NCBI GenBank assembly: GCA_026023565.1
Contig: JAPETS010000014.1
Location: 372,001-436,000, forward strand
From: Cirrosporium novae-zelandiae
Taxonomy: Eukaryota
Reading direction: 5' to 3'
Length of the DNA stretch: 64,000 nucleotides
The notes under the pieces are model-generated. The model saw only the letters and a list, made by a program, of their open reading frames with translations. It searched no databases and was not told the DNA's origin. Shown piece by piece: positions 12,477 through 25,720 of this stretch (positions within the stretch are counted from its first letter, which is position 1; each line of letters starts with the position of its first letter). A program made the translations under genes and the position numbers.

Positions 12477-15083
12477 TTATTCATCAAGAAATTTCACTAG
12501 TCTTTCCTTTTCTTGGGCTTCCGCGTCTCCTTCCTCACTTTCTTCGCTTTCTTCCTCTTCCCCTTCTTCTTCTTCTTCTTCACCCGTTTCCATTTCTTCC
12601 TCGCTCTCTTCTTCTTCCTCTCCAGACTCCGTTCCTTCATCCTCCCCTTCCTCATCCTCTTCTTCCTCCTCACTTTCCGCCAACCAATCATCCAACGTCT
12701 TCGTCCCCCCTCCAGTTCCAGCTCCATTATTTGATTTTTGCTGTGCCTGTTGCGCTCTAACCGCACTATCCAGCCTATCACTAGCAGAAATATCCTTCTT
12801 CTCACCATACTCGACCTCAACATCTCCCTCATCTCTTAGCTTTCTGTCTGGTTCTTCCCCTTTCTTTACCCAGTCCGGCACCGGTTCGTATCCTACGAGA
12901 CCACTCATGCCACCTTCGTTGCCCACGACTGCACTGCTGCTACCTATCAAAAAGTCTTTTCTGGATTCTGAGGGCGATGGGGTGTGAGGGACGGGTTTTG
13001 GTGCAAGGAGGAGGAGAGAGGCAAGTTGGGTGGAAGAGGCATTGGTGAGGAGTGCTCGATAGATGCGGGCACGGTCGCGGAGGTCATATGAGGTAGAGTA
13101 GTGGGATAGGAGTAAGATGTGCTGCCAGAGTAGGGGTATTGGGTGGACATTTTCCACAACAGGTTCTGCTGGGGCGAATGGGGATTGAGATCGCGGTCGT
13201 GAAGATGGCGAGTTTTCACCGTTTGGGCCTTCTTCCACTAGTTGGTCTTGTGATGGAGTTGCATCTTTCTGTTCTTCCTTTTTCTGATTCGTTCGATTCA
13301 AATAATGCACATATACTTTTGCCGCTAACAATACAATCTGCAACTTTGCTGTTTCGCTTTCGTCCGCAAAACCTTTTGCCAGAATTCTTAGAACATCAGG
13401 CGCAATATTATCTTCGCCACCCACACCTGCAAATTCACCAACCAGCCATATAATGGTGGCTCTGGCGTTTGCGTCTGTGATCCGATCGAGAGATTTGGCT
13501 AGTCGAACAACAGTCTTGGCGTGTGCTGGAGGGTCTTGTTGGATGAGATGACGAATTACCGTTAGAGCCTCCGAGACAAGAGCTCCCGATGGACTGGAGA
13601 CTTGGCTGAGGAGGAGCCGAAGACAGCGTTGAGTCATATGAGTGTCATTCTCCGCACAGCGGCCAATGGCACGAACGCTTTCGCGAGATAGATCAGTGTC
13701 ATGTGTGTTCTGAGAGAAATGTTCGAGCTCGTTGAGGATGAGACCTTTCGTGTGAGGTTGGCAGTGGGGAAAAATTAGAGTAAGAAGTTCGAGTTTGATA
13801 CGCCATATATGGGGAGAATCACTGGCACGCAAGAGAAAATGCGAATAATAACGAACAAACGGAATGGGGTTCATGAGTGCAACAATGACTATGTTGTGAA
13901 GGGCGAGGGAGGAGATGTCCGAAGAGGACCGGAGGAGGGCGATTAGAGGACCTATTATTGTCGACGAGAGGGCTAACGGTGGAGAGAGATATAGGTGGAG
14001 ACGGACGACAGAGAGGATGACAGCTGAATTTCGGGATTGAAGTAAAGGGAGAGAGGAATCTAGGAGAAGAGAAAGATCAGGATCCAGAAGAGGAATTTCT
14101 TCTTCATTCGAGTCTTGGTTTGAAACAGCCTCGCCATAGAAGTCTGCCGTCGTTGTAGTACCATTGCTTTTCTTCACGCGTTGGGTTCGTGGGGGAAAAC
14201 ATTTGCGGGAGTAGAAGAGCAAGAGCTTTAACGTTGCGATTTGACTCCATTCATCCATATCAACAAGTTTCTTTACTAGCGAGCGGTAGTGCTTATGAAT
14301 AAGATCAATACGGTCAGGACAGATTTCCAAAAATGCTGAGACGGCCGATCCAGCAACATAGTATTGTTTATCTCCAAGTAGGATTGATATGTATTCCAGC
14401 AGCTGGGAGAACGTCTTCGGATCCAGTCTATAGCACTTGGGTATTGCTAATGCAGCAGCCTTGCGAACAATAGGACTCATGTCCCCACATCCTCTTTTAA
14501 TCGCCAACGAAACAATTTGACTGATGACCGGCACTTGTATTCCTGACATGACCTTAAGTGCCATGGCACGAACTTGGGGGTTCTGGTCGTTCAATGCCTT
14601 TTGAATTGCATTAATCGAGAGGAGGGAAAGATCAGGGTCCGCTTCGGCATAATGGAGCAAGTATATATACACGAGCTTCTTGATTTCAATGTTGGGGCTT
14701 GCGACATTCTTGATGACAGCAGAGAATAGCGGTTGGCAGTTCTGGGACCTGTACATCATCTAAAGTTGCCCTCGCATTAGGATGCATATCCAGCATTCTA
14801 GAGAAGCTTGTCCCACCTACAGAGATTACTTTCCGTAGGCCCTCCAGTATCTCCCGATCATGACGACTATCTAAAAGCTTCTTCAACTCTGAAAAAGGAA
14901 CATTGCGGTTTGCGTTGCGGGTGCGGTAGCTTCGTCGTGATCCTGCAGATTGGGCGGCCTCCAAGGTTAGGTCGCGAGCTGTTGGGTAGACAGGTCAGCA
15001 TGTTATTATACCCGAATACTGTGAGAGAAACAGAAAGCAGGACCTTTTTCCAGCATAGACGATATGCTTGAGATGGACTCCAT
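12477..15083 (-). CDS. APL6: AP-3 adaptor complex beta subunit; introns ~14979-15043 and 14760-14820
   Basis: MESISSISSMLE|ARDLTLEAA, LLDSRHDREILEGLRKVIS, IKNVASPNIEIKKLVYIYL, DLSLLSINAIQKAL, SYDLRDRAR and an acidic C-terminal tail: beta-adaptin of AP-3. Confidence 0.92.
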
Positions 15084-15467
15084 CTTGCGGGGTTGCGAGT
15101 TTGTGAAGGTTCCATAGGAAAATAAATGTTTATACCTAAGGTAAGTTGAGCTGTCTCTGTGTTCTATGTGGTCTTTGTGGTCCTTGTGGTCCTCGGCTTT
15201 TGAAGGTTCCCCTCGGTCTGATGAACTGGAGGGTCCTAAGCCTGAACCCTGTACGGTGAACATGACTACTACTCTGGTCTAGATATGGGTTTGCTATTAA
15301 TCACAAAGAAATAAATATCCTAATAAAATCCGTCTAGTAAATTCCTAAAAGTCTTCTTCGAAATTGTACCTTCCCATTGAACCAAATACCATTTACAAAA
15401 AGTCCCACCTACTGGATTTGTATAAACTCGTCATTTCATTCTGCAGCACTTCTAACAATCTGGATAT

Positions 15468-16178
15468 ATGTCCTACCAGAGACCAAAAATTCTTCCCCTT
15501 CTCTCTCCCTCTGAATTATTCAACGTTATATTCAAACATGAATCCACTTGCACAAAGGTAATTGTTTGCAGCGACCGTGACACCTTTGCCCATGATCTGC
15601 TTGCTTCATTACAGACCCCAGAGCCACCAACAGTATCAGATAACCAGCAAGAACATCCGTCACAATCGGAAAATGCTCAGGAAACCTCCTCCCAAATATC
15701 ACAGGAGGAAATACGACATGGTTCATTTGTCCATCCATTACTCAAACCAACCCTCCGCCTCCTATCAGATTCAAGCAAAGTTCAGTTGGTCTTCTGTCCA
15801 ACAATACAACACCTCCGTGCCTATCTCTCATCTCTAGAGTACCTTCCTCCATCCTCATTACCAAACTCGTCAGAGCACACTTTCGATCTTCTCACCATCT
15901 TGAATCTTATCCAGCTACATCGAGATACATCCGATTTTTCGGCTCAAGGGTTTTCTAGAACGTTTGCATCAATCGTTGATGTTGCGGCGACGACAGGACT
16001 GGAAGTCTGGATTGTGGAATTTCAGAAACCTGGTGATAGGGAGACGCTAGTGAGCTGGGATGAGGAAGTACCTCTATTGAATGGAACGATGAGCTTTGGG
16101 GTGGACGATAGGACATGGGCGGGAAAGATGATAAAAATCCGTACAGTTGGGAGTAAGTGGTGTACAATTTGTGAGTAA
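15468..16178 (+). CDS. Hypothetical protein, 236 aa
   Basis: Intronless ATG-started ORF with globular-looking segments (LVFCPTIQHLRAYLS, LHRDTSDFSAQGFSRTFA, WDEEVPLLNG). Divergent from AP-3 beta. Confidence 0.7.
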   Translation: MSYQRPKILPLLSPSELFNVIFKHESTCTKVIVCSDRDTFAHDLLASLQTPEPPTVSDNQQEHPSQSENAQETSSQISQEEIRHGSFVHPLLKPTLRLLSDSSKVQLVFCPTIQHLRAYLSSLEYLPPSSLPNSSEHTFDLLTILNLIQLHRDTSDFSAQGFSRTFASIVDVAATTGLEVWIVEFQKPGDRETLVSWDEEVPLLNGTMSFGVDDRTWAGKMIKIRTVGSKWCTICE

Positions 16179-17578
16179 ATATATTATCCTGATAAGATAA
16201 TGGAAGGTCTGAATGAGAGCATAACCATAGCTCGATGAATCGAAGAGGGATGAACATAATTAAAAAGTGGGCGATTAGGCGATTTAAAGCTAATCTCAAT
16301 TATTTATATATTCAATCTACCTAGGTACCTATTTCAACGGGGATCCTAGATATCAGGAGACCATGGCATCATAATCTAAGCAAGGCTGAAGCCCTCAGTA
16401 TTGCAAGCACTATCTTATAGCATAGTCTTATCAAATACCATTTTTCAACTAATCAGGACCGATTTAGCTTGACTAGTGGGCTGGTGGCAGAAATATACAT
16501 TGTTTGTCATGCCCGTCCAGTAGAGTCATAATTTAACCCCAGTTAGATGGGGTGGTTATTGAAGGCACTTAGCAGACAATTAGCTATGTTCTGAGAATAC
16601 CCGGATTTTCTCGATATATGAAGGTGGCGACTTTAGTAAGATATAGCGGCAAGGCAACATTTTTTAGAATGTCTAGTGGTGAGTCGTTAGATGACACCAA
16701 AAGAAACCGGCAAATCATTTTAAGCGATGATGTGAATGGGGATAGCCTAGATATTGGATTTATTTGAAGCCAATGGAACGTAGTAGCAGGAGGGAACTTC
16801 GATGCGCTTCGATAAAACAAACCTTTCCCTGTAAAAGTACTGGTACAATAGGAACCGCTCTTAGGGAAATGTGAAATGTTAGTGGGGTATTTCTCTTAAG
16901 GGGTTACGAAAGTAGAGGAAGAAAATTCTCAATCCACCGTCTGAAAGGACTCTGCGAAATGATCTTCTCTCTATTATGAATTTGACCTACCTTGAATTGC
17001 CCCTCATCCAACAGGGCCAAATCGATCAAACCAATCCCCTTACTTATCCACTCGCATTATCACAATAAAAGACAGGCGGCTATAGCAAATGAATTCTCAA
17101 CACATGGCAATAGTGAAATTTCTGACATCAAAATATAGAGTTACGAGCAGCAGGCAGTAGTAATAGTAGTCATGGTAGTCGTAGTCATAGCGGGAAGCTT
17201 TCAAGGGGATAATTTCATGTCACGATAGGGAATGCTTAGTCAATGTACTAGTACGCAATAGTGGAAAGAATTTTAGGTATTAGAAAGCATGTTTTGAAAA
17301 CTAGGACAGTCTGGCTTAAAAAGCGCCGAGAAATTTGTATAACTGCGCGTCTTGTCTTGGGCATGGGTCATAAAAGTAGAGACCACAAAAAATAGAAGCA
17401 CCTCATAGACCCAGACATTCATGTTCAAGACAGAAACAACCTATCCAGACTCGACGTAGAACTGATAATGAATAACCGACTAAATCTTGTTGAAGAAGGC
17501 TGATTGCAAAAGGTGGCGCTCATTATGAAAAAAGTGAAGGACAAAGGTGTATGAGTTAGTATCGTTGTATAAAGACCC

Positions 17579-19803
17579 TTACCAGCGACGACTGTTTATG
17601 AGTCAGTATGATTTATCGATATTAGATAACATAAACTTACCTATATGCACTTGTAGCTTTTGCAGAACCACGTTTTGCTTTGTGTGGAGAGTCGGATGGA
17701 GAGCGGTTAGAATCCTCATAAGGCCTCTTGCGTAGATTCGTAGTCTCATAATCATGGGAACCACCATGATCAGGGCTATATGAATTATGGTCCCTATTGG
17801 AAGCCTTGAGTTGATCATTGTGGTGTTTAGACTCACAGGATGCAGATACATCAACAAGATCACCAGAATAGGTCGATGGAGGAGGGGGGGGTGGAGGGGG
17901 TGGTGGAGGTACCATGCCAAAATCATTAGCTTGGTGGGAGGGCCTCCTGGTTTGCCCAGCTCCGAATCCTCTGCGTCGTTTTCTACCGCCAGATACATTG
18001 CTACTACAATTATAGTCTCGTTCTCGATAATGGTTTACCGGCGACCCATGTTCAGAGTTTGGACACGTTGCAGAGACAGAGCGGTCCCTAGATATAGGAC
18101 TTCTGCTCCGTGACCTGGCTATTGAAATTTGCTCCCCTGAACTTCCTGTCGAAGATGTCCTATATGGTCTGGCTGGCGCATGAACAGGCTTTGCATGCCC
18201 ACTCACACCAAGTGCAGCTAATTTCGCTTCAGTCTCAGCGGAAAGTTGTGCCTCTACATCCTCGGTATGTTGAGGCACTGGCATTATGTTTCCTTGAGGC
18301 GTGCATATTCCGCCGGTTCTGTCCATTTCGCTCGTTTCGCTGGTCCCGTTTAGATGTTCCGAATGCTGCTTCATAGGTTGTGGTTCGGATAGCAAGCTGG
18401 CTTGTGCCGATCCAACTGTCGCAGGCGAGGCGCTATCATCGGATTCTTCTCTGTATTCACCCTCCTCGCTACCAGCAGAGATTTCTCCATCATACCCTAC
18501 ATGATCATGTTGGGTATCATCTTTGTGGATAGCTAGGATTTCAGATAGCGAGATGACAGGACAGTCCTGTGGGATTTTGAGGAAGATAGGATCGTCTTCG
18601 AAATCTACCCAATCATTTGTGGCACTAACATGGGTTTCCAACTTTACAAGATCTTCGGACTGGAGATATTTTGAGAAAGACTTGTCGTTGTCAGCCTGAG
18701 AAGGAACACCCAAATTCTCCACACCATGGAAAGTGGAAGACAGGGGTCGGGCGACTTGAATAGGAAGCTGGCGTACTAAAATAATTTAGCAAAATAAATT
18801 CAAATGATTAGTCACATAATGACTTACTGAGGAAATCTGTTTCGGTTCGAAAATCCGTAAAATTTAACTGTGCTATTTCACCTATTTCTAACTCCAGCGC
18901 CTCTATTAAGACACGTTGGTCAAAGGAGGATCGGCTTAGGTTGAAACTATTGTTCCGACTGGCCTTTTGTGATGGTGCGTGAAAGCCGTTCTGGGCTGAT
19001 GGGGAATGACTATATGATCCTTGACGTGAGCCATACCCAGCAGTGGTGGTCTGGATCTGCGTCATCTGGTAAGGGGGGGCTTGGGAGTACGACTGAGCAT
19101 GGTTTTGATGTTGATTTAGAAAGCAAAGCTCATTTTGTGGTGGGTTTAGCGGATAGGATACATTAGGTGCTGGGGAGGAATTGGGACCATAAGGTGGAAA
19201 GAAGTTTTGTTGGTAGCAATGGTTTTGCCTGTATGGCGTCATCGACTGTTGCTGCCAATACTTCCTTGAAGAGCCAGCGTTGGTTGATAATTCCCATGAG
19301 TCCTGGCTTTGAGCATAGTAAGGTGGGACCGGAGGTGATGGTTGAGTTCCATCGTATGGACCATATTGTTGACTATATTGCTGTCCGTACTGAGGACTAT
19401 GGCTTGTAACTATTGGTGGTCCCGTTTTCTGACGTTTTGAGGGCCGCTTTTGCATGGCTCCGCTGGTAGATGAGATTAGGGTAATGAATGGAATCAAGTT
19501 ATTAATTTGGACTTACGCTGGATTAACTCGTTTAGGCTCAAGACACTCTTGTGCCCAGTGACCTACTACTCCGCAGTTGAAGCATGTCCTGTTGTTCATA
19601 GAACTCATAGTAATGCTAAGAGGAAAACGACGTGAATGCTGCTGTGGCTGGTGCTGATATTGTTGAAAGTCATTTGTCCTCAGATGTCCATGTGCTGGGT
19701 AATAAGGTGTGGAGTCTTGGTTAGGTTCAGGTGGATCGTAACAAGGAATGAGTTGACCAGAGGACACTTCAGGCTTTGGAGGAAGATTGGTGGGAGAATC
19801 CAT
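17579..19803 (-). CDS. CCHC zinc-knuckle protein, otherwise low-complexity; introns 19463-19516, 18776-18827, 17592-17640
   Basis: RTCFNCGVVGHWAQEC matches CX2CX4HX4C. Three ORFs join through canonical introns and end ...SAYSRRW*. Confidence 0.75.
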
Positions 19804-20581
19804 TTTTGCGGTAACAGTGTTGTTCAGGATCAAGACTATGGACCACCTTGTTGAATAAATACAAGATATAGCAGAATAGCGCTGTCAAGCAAGTCCTAGA
19901 AAAGGATACAGCGAATTATAGTAGCTATTCACTCGTCCAACAAGCATGAAAAAAGAGGCCCAATAGGTTTGAGTGTGAGAAGGAATATTGTTAAAAAGTG
20001 ATGGAAATTTAGTGGGAACTACCTCAAGACATTGACGGGGCATAAGTACGGGGAGTTCTGCAAATAAGGAAGGGTTGAATCTAGATACAGAGTCCCTTTT
20101 GTTTGAGTACTTTTCTATTATGAACAAATGATAAAGCCATGAGCAGCAAACAAGGTAGACAGAAGTTTTAAGAATTAATACGAGCCGAAGGCATAGGTAC
20201 GCTGTGAAAAAGATGGCAAGACTTAATAATTAGCAGTTGATCCAGAGCTCAGGTTGAGATTTAGAGTCTGCACGTGATCTAGCCGAGTGAAAGAGTCCGA
20301 TCTCCGTTAGCCGGCTGGGGAACAGCTTACCCTCCCCCTGTAGGTAGATAATATTTGTATTATAAAGGAGAAGGATTTCCCACAACGCGCTCAGTGATGC
20401 GCTGTGATTAAACAGAAAGGTGCGAATATGGCCGCACGATCATAAATAATCATGAGAATCAGACGACCTCCAAACTTCATCTCCTTGCCTTTCGAGCCAA
20501 CCTTGCTTGATCGGTGCTTCTTTTTCTTTCCCCTCAACCCACAGTCTCTACTGTAGGTTGGGAGCACACCGAATTTTCGCA

Positions 20582-21667
20582 ATGCCCGGCCTTCCAGGTA
20601 AGATTTCTAATTGCAGATACCTTATTTCTGGAATGAATGCTTACCGTTGTATAGCCTCTGTGGACCTTGACGAATGCATCGAACGTCTATACAAAAAGGA
20701 ACTTTTGGCTGACTCCGTGATCGAAGCAATATGTGCCAAAACCAAGGAGCTTTTAATGAAGGAAAGCAATGTTGTGCATATAGCAGCACCTGTCACGGTG
20801 GTTGGCGACATTCATGGACAATTCTTTGATATGATAGAAATCTTTAAAATAGGAGGGTTTTGTCCGAACACAAACTATCTCTTTCTTGGTGGGTGGCGCT
20901 TGGCTGCGGTCTGGCGGATGGCAAGTCTCGTGGACCACTACTAATAAGGGTCTGTAGGTGATTATGTCGACCGCGGGCTTTTCAGCGTCGAAACCATCTC
21001 GTTACTTGTCTGCTTAAAACTACGATACCCTGAACGAGTCCATCTTATTCGTGGTAATCATGAATCTCGTGGAGTTACACAATCTTACGGATTTTACACC
21101 GAGTGCGCTCGAAAATACGGAAATGCCAACGTATGGCACTACTTTACTGACATGTTCGATTTCCTTACCCTCAGTGTGGTAATTAACGATCAAATATTCT
21201 GTGTTCATGGTGGACTTTCACCCTCAATACACTCTATAGATCAGATAAAGATCATAGACCGCTTCAGAGAGATACCCCACGAAGGCCCAATGGCCGATCT
21301 GGTTTGGTCTGACCCAGATCCAGAAAGAGATGAGTTCTCGCTCTCTCCGCGAGGCGCGGGCTACACTTTCGGTGGACAGGTGGTTAGGAAATTTTTGGAG
21401 ATTAACAACATGAACCATATTCTTCGAGCACATCAGCTCTGTCAAGAAGGATACCAGGTCTTGTATGAAGATAGGCTGAGCACCGTTTGGAGTGCTCCTA
21501 ACTACTGCTATCGATGCGGGAATTTGGCAAGTGTTCTCGAGGTCAATGATGCTGGGGAAAGATTCTTCAACATTTTCGATGCCGCCCCAGAAAACGATAT
21601 CCATCGCCAGGAACAACAACAGCAAGGTAAAGATGGAACAGGGGTTGTGGTGGAATATTTCCTGTAA
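20582..21667 (+). CDS. PPG1: PP2A-like Ser/Thr protein phosphatase Ppg1; introns ~20598-20654 and 20889-20957
   Basis: [29 protein letters not shown] and C-terminal YFL. The N-terminus [17 protein letters not shown] and HQLCQEGY fit the Ppg1 subfamily. Confidence 0.9.
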
Positions 21668-21902
21668 ACTGTGCAAATAGCACATGTATTTTACTGTCTT
21701 TTGATGGAAGGATGTGAGGGAGCGGCGGCGTTTGCTTCTATCGAAAACAGGGTATCGAAGTTATATGAAAGCTACCTGTCTTGATCATGTATAACATGCA
21801 TTCGTGGATCACCTGGATGTGGTCGTCGATAGGGAACGCCTTGAGACGAAAGCAGATAGTTAGCCTGGAAAGTAAATGGCAAGGCTCATAACCACAAAAT
21901 TC

Positions 21903-23114
21903 CTATTCCCAATCCTTTTTGATATCGAACGACCACTCGAATTTCAGATGCGTGACATCATCATCATCAATGAACTTGGAGACAGCATTGTAGTGACCGC
22001 GAGCCATCATACCGCTAGGAGCTTCGTCTTGAGCAACTAAAGTGTCCTTTGATTAGTATGCCACGGTCACAGGGCTAGTGTGGGTATCGTACACTTCTTC
22101 TCGTAATTCCGCTTCTCGGTAGTATTTGGTGGGTATGATCCCTGAGACTCGCTGTCAGCAAAAATCTATATTAAGATATTTGGGCTCGAGTACTCACAAT
22201 CATCTCCTCGTCCTTTCCTACTGGAATACCCTTTCGCTTTAAGATTTGCAAATACTTCAAGCCACTCAGAACTTCATGCTGGACTTTGAACACAGCCTTC
22301 ATGCGGAATCTAGCCCCTTCTTTGATCGTGAATGGCTTGCTTTTGAGAGACTCGGCAGAACCTGGCGAAGTCAGATCAACCACAATGTCTGGTCGTCCTT
22401 CGACTTCAAGGGCAAGGGATTCAATGATGCAGCGTCGGGGGTCGTTTGGGTCGGAAATAGAATCGCCACCAGCAAGACCTAGAGAGGCCTTCCAGCGGTT
22501 GAGGGATTCATCGTTTTGGTCTATGGAAAGCCAGATAGTTAGTAAAGCAAATGCAATGCAGATAAGATTATTGATGTAGAGGATGATTGGCAACCAGTAG
22601 TTTGCAGTATCGCAACAACTGATGATTGGAATTGATTGTAGGGTAAAGGGCTTCCTGATTGACAGATCCAAACAGCCAATGCCTTTCATTACTTCAGGAT
22701 GATATCATATATATTTCACGCGAAAACATATCAAAGTTGAAATCAGTCCTTGTCAATGAGGTACAAGGAAGCTTTTACTGTATGTGTTTTGCCACTAGAA
22801 GATAGTTGAGGTGAAGATAAGATTGGAAAAGGCGCACAGATGAGCATTGACGATTAGCGTGTCAAAAAGCTGTCATCGATCTCAATGTCAATGGAGCCAG
22901 CTCCAATGGAACGATGAAGGTATTACCATCTTCAACACTTCGTATGAGGCGAATAAATGCCATAGTTGACCAGATAAGAGCTTCCAACAGGTACACATGG
23001 TCTTCAGAAAGCACACTTACCAAGTTTCTGATATTCCTCCACGGTTTTCTTCTCACCGACCTTGAACCCTTCGGTCTTCGAAGGAGTCAGATCATCATCA
23101 GCATTGCTAGCCAT
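21903..23114 (-). CDS. RDI1: Rho GDP-dissociation inhibitor; introns 22521-23020, ~22143-22197, ~22038-22093
   Basis: EGFKVGEKKTVEEYQKL|DQNDESLNRWKASLGL, FTIKEG, VLSGLKY, EAPSGMMARGHY, FEWSFDIKKDWE*. Confidence 0.93.
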
Positions 23115-23702
23115 AATTATGATGTTTTGTGCAAGAGAATTGGAGGGTTGCTGTTAACTTCGCGGGGATTGATGAATAGATCTAGAAAGGCGGTGGTGGA
23201 TTAAAGTCAGGGAGGAAGATCGATCATCGAGGGGAACTACTAGACTATCGGCGGGGGCTTACTCCCGTTAGGGTGCTCGGCCTGTGGCTGCGCCAGCGAC
23301 ACAAAGGTCCCTGTTCACACCAAAGCTACGTGGATTTCCCCTGCCCAGAGCCATGATCAGCGACGTCACAAGCATCTTTATTTGTTGACATGGCAATCAC
23401 AACTGTGATCTACACAATAAGATAAGCAGTCTTTGATGCGAATTGTTTGGAATACCGAAATTACTCGACTACAACAACCCGCTGTATCAGAGATCTAGCC
23501 GCTTTAGACCAAAGATCCAACTGGTTCACTCTCCAATACTTGGAAGACCAACCGAACTAAAATGGTTTCAAACAAGTTGACGGAGGGGAATATAACCTTT
23601 GAAAGCATCATAATTGATTTTGGGTATCTAAAGTTCTTACTATACCTCATTCTGAAGGCATCAAGTCCCCCTAGCTAATAACCTTTGCCTATGAATCGCC
23701 CG

Positions 23703-25520
23703 CTATAGCTTTCCGCCATTTCCCTCCTTCCACTCTTCCACAAGGTCACCATAGTCTTCCGGTCCATATGCCGAGAAAATTTCCTCGAACCAACCTGACT
23801 TTCTCCTCGTATTCATCCCTAGATCACCCAGCAACATGTCCAGATATGGCAAAGCATCGAATACGAAATCTGGGAACCGCGCTCCAAATCCTCCAGGATA
23901 CCGCCACCTTCCGAACTGGGAATATAGCTGCGTTTTCCAACGTACGGTATCTTCGTCGCCGGGAGGCTTGCTTAGTTTGCCGTCAAAGTAGGCAGTGATC
24001 CAGAGAGCCTGAATTTGTGCACAAAGAGACGTTGTGATACTGGAAACTGCACCTGCAAAGGCAATATCTCGGTCGGGGATGCGTGAAGGGGGCACCATAA
24101 AGTGGTATAGTCGATATGGCTGGTTTGGCGCGGCAGGAGCAGTAGGATCCGTCTTACTACCTGGAAGAGGTTTATATTTCGGATTTGAAGGTGGTTGAGC
24201 CTTGAGACGTGGAAAACGGGTCAAAATCTCATCATCAGCACGAGATTCGAGGTCCTTGTCTGATGTTTCGGAATAATGTGGAAGGCCTAAAACAGCGTCC
24301 GTGACTGGAGGTAGGAAAGTCATAGGAGGATGGTGTTTCCAGCCGGTAGAACAAACGAGAGCATCAGCGGGGAGGGACAAGCCGTTCGACAGATTGACAG
24401 TTCGTGGGGCAAGAGACTCCACATCTGCAATGTGAACCTTGATTTTGCCATCACGAACAAGACCTAGGAAATCGGTGGGATAATTGAGAATGCTGAGACC
24501 GCTTCCAGTCCAGAATGCGTCAGACCACGGTTTGAGCTTCTTCGTCCCCGGGTGCTTGTCGTAGCCCATGAGGCTGAGAACATCACCACCCAGGATTTTC
24601 CAAAAGCGATCGACGATCCAACGACCGACTGTAGTACCATGAAAAAATCGCCTAATGAGTCCATAGCCATCGGCATCGCCCCAGATGCAAGGACTAAACC
24701 ATGTAAGGAATCTCGTGTGTACAAGTTTTTCTAGCCAGAGCCTAAGGGGGGTAACATATGGCGGAGCCATCCAACAAGGTCCGTGGCCGGATTCTCTAAC
24801 AATGAGATCAACGGATATGTTTTCTGTTGCGTACGCATAAGCATCATCCCATGCAGACTTGGTACCACCAAGTACAGCAACACGTCTGGCTGTCTTGAGT
24901 GTGTCTGCATGCCCTAGAAAGTCTCGGCAGTGGAAGAAGGGTGCATCGAATTTGCCCTTCCCCTTGAAATCGGGCAGGAAAGGTTCCGAGGCCAGACCCG
25001 TGGCAACAATCAACTTCTGTGTCATGATTTGAGTCTTGCTGTTTTCGTCACACATTTTAATGGTTAAAAGCCATCCACCATCATGTTTCTTTTCTACTGT
25101 CTCGACTTTGGATTGGAAACGAATGCGCGGGAGAACTCCAAATTTCTCCGCATAATCTGTGAGATACTGGTGGAGAATATTTCCCGGAATGTGCTGACCA
25201 GGTTTGACGCCATAAGTGGCTTCATCCATGGGAAAATCACTATACTCGTAAGTCCCGACCATGTTATTGGACTTGACTCCAGGGTAGAGACGATGTTCCG
25301 CCCAAACACCCCCGAGAGTTGGGGCAGCCTCGAGGACAACGACATTGGCCGAGGGATTTGTCTGAAGGTAGGTCTTTGCAGAGGCCAATCCGTACCAGCC
25401 TGTAATATAGGGATTAGGCAAGTCAGTTGTTCTGGAAGGTGACAAAGGCTGAAGAACAAAGGTTGAAGATGAAAGGAAGAACTCACCAGTCCCGATTACG
25501 ATTAGGTCGACTTTCTCCAT
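23703..25520 (-). CDS. Flavin-containing monooxygenase (FMO-like); intron 25400-25486
   Basis: Splicing restores VIGTGWYGL (FAD GxGxxG). Also LGGVW, FFHCRDF (FxGxxxHxxxF-like), LGGTKSAWD (NADPH site) and CSTGW. Confidence 0.88.
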   Translation of the reverse strand: MEKVDLIVIGTGEFFLSSSTFVLQPLSPSRTTDLPNPYITGWYGLASAKTYLQTNPSANVVVLEAAPTLGGVWAEHRLYPGVKSNNMVGTYEYSDFPMDEATYGVKPGQHIPGNILHQYLTDYAEKFGVLPRIRFQSKVETVEKKHDGGWLLTIKMCDENSKTQIMTQKLIVATGLASEPFLPDFKGKGKFDAPFFHCRDFLGHADTLKTARRVAVLGGTKSAWDDAYAYATENISVDLIVRESGHGPCWMAPPYVTPLRLWLEKLVHTRFLTWFSPCIWGDADGYGLIRRFFHGTTVGRWIVDRFWKILGGDVLSLMGYDKHPGTKKLKPWSDAFWTGSGLSILNYPTDFLGLVRDGKIKVHIADVESLAPRTVNLSNGLSLPADALVCSTGWKHHPPMTFLPPVTDAVLGLPHYSETSDKDLESRADDEILTRFPRLKAQPPSNPKYKPLPGSKTDPTAPAAPNQPYRLYHFMVPPSRIPDRDIAFAGAVSSITTSLCAQIQALWITAYFDGKLSKPPGDEDTVRWKTQLYSQFGRWRYPGGFGARFPDFVFDALPYLDMLLGDLGMNTRRKSGWFEEIFSAYGPEDYGDLVEEWKEGNGGKL

Positions 25521-25720
25521 GTTGAAGATAAGGTGAAATTACTTATAGCCGATGTAGGACCGAGACCCTAGCTTATCAGATGAATTAGAGTAGGCAGGGG
25601 AATATTATGCACTGACAGGCGAACTGAGATTCAAAGACAGGAGTTGGTTCCCTGGGGAAGAGAAAAGGGACTGTGGTCGCCATGATGATTTTGAATGTCC
25701 CTCGGTGTCCCCTTTGGTAT

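Noticed and set aside
12463..12987. Ser-rich and Phe-rich plus-strand ORFs
   Set aside because: Antisense shadows of the acidic AP-3 beta tail.
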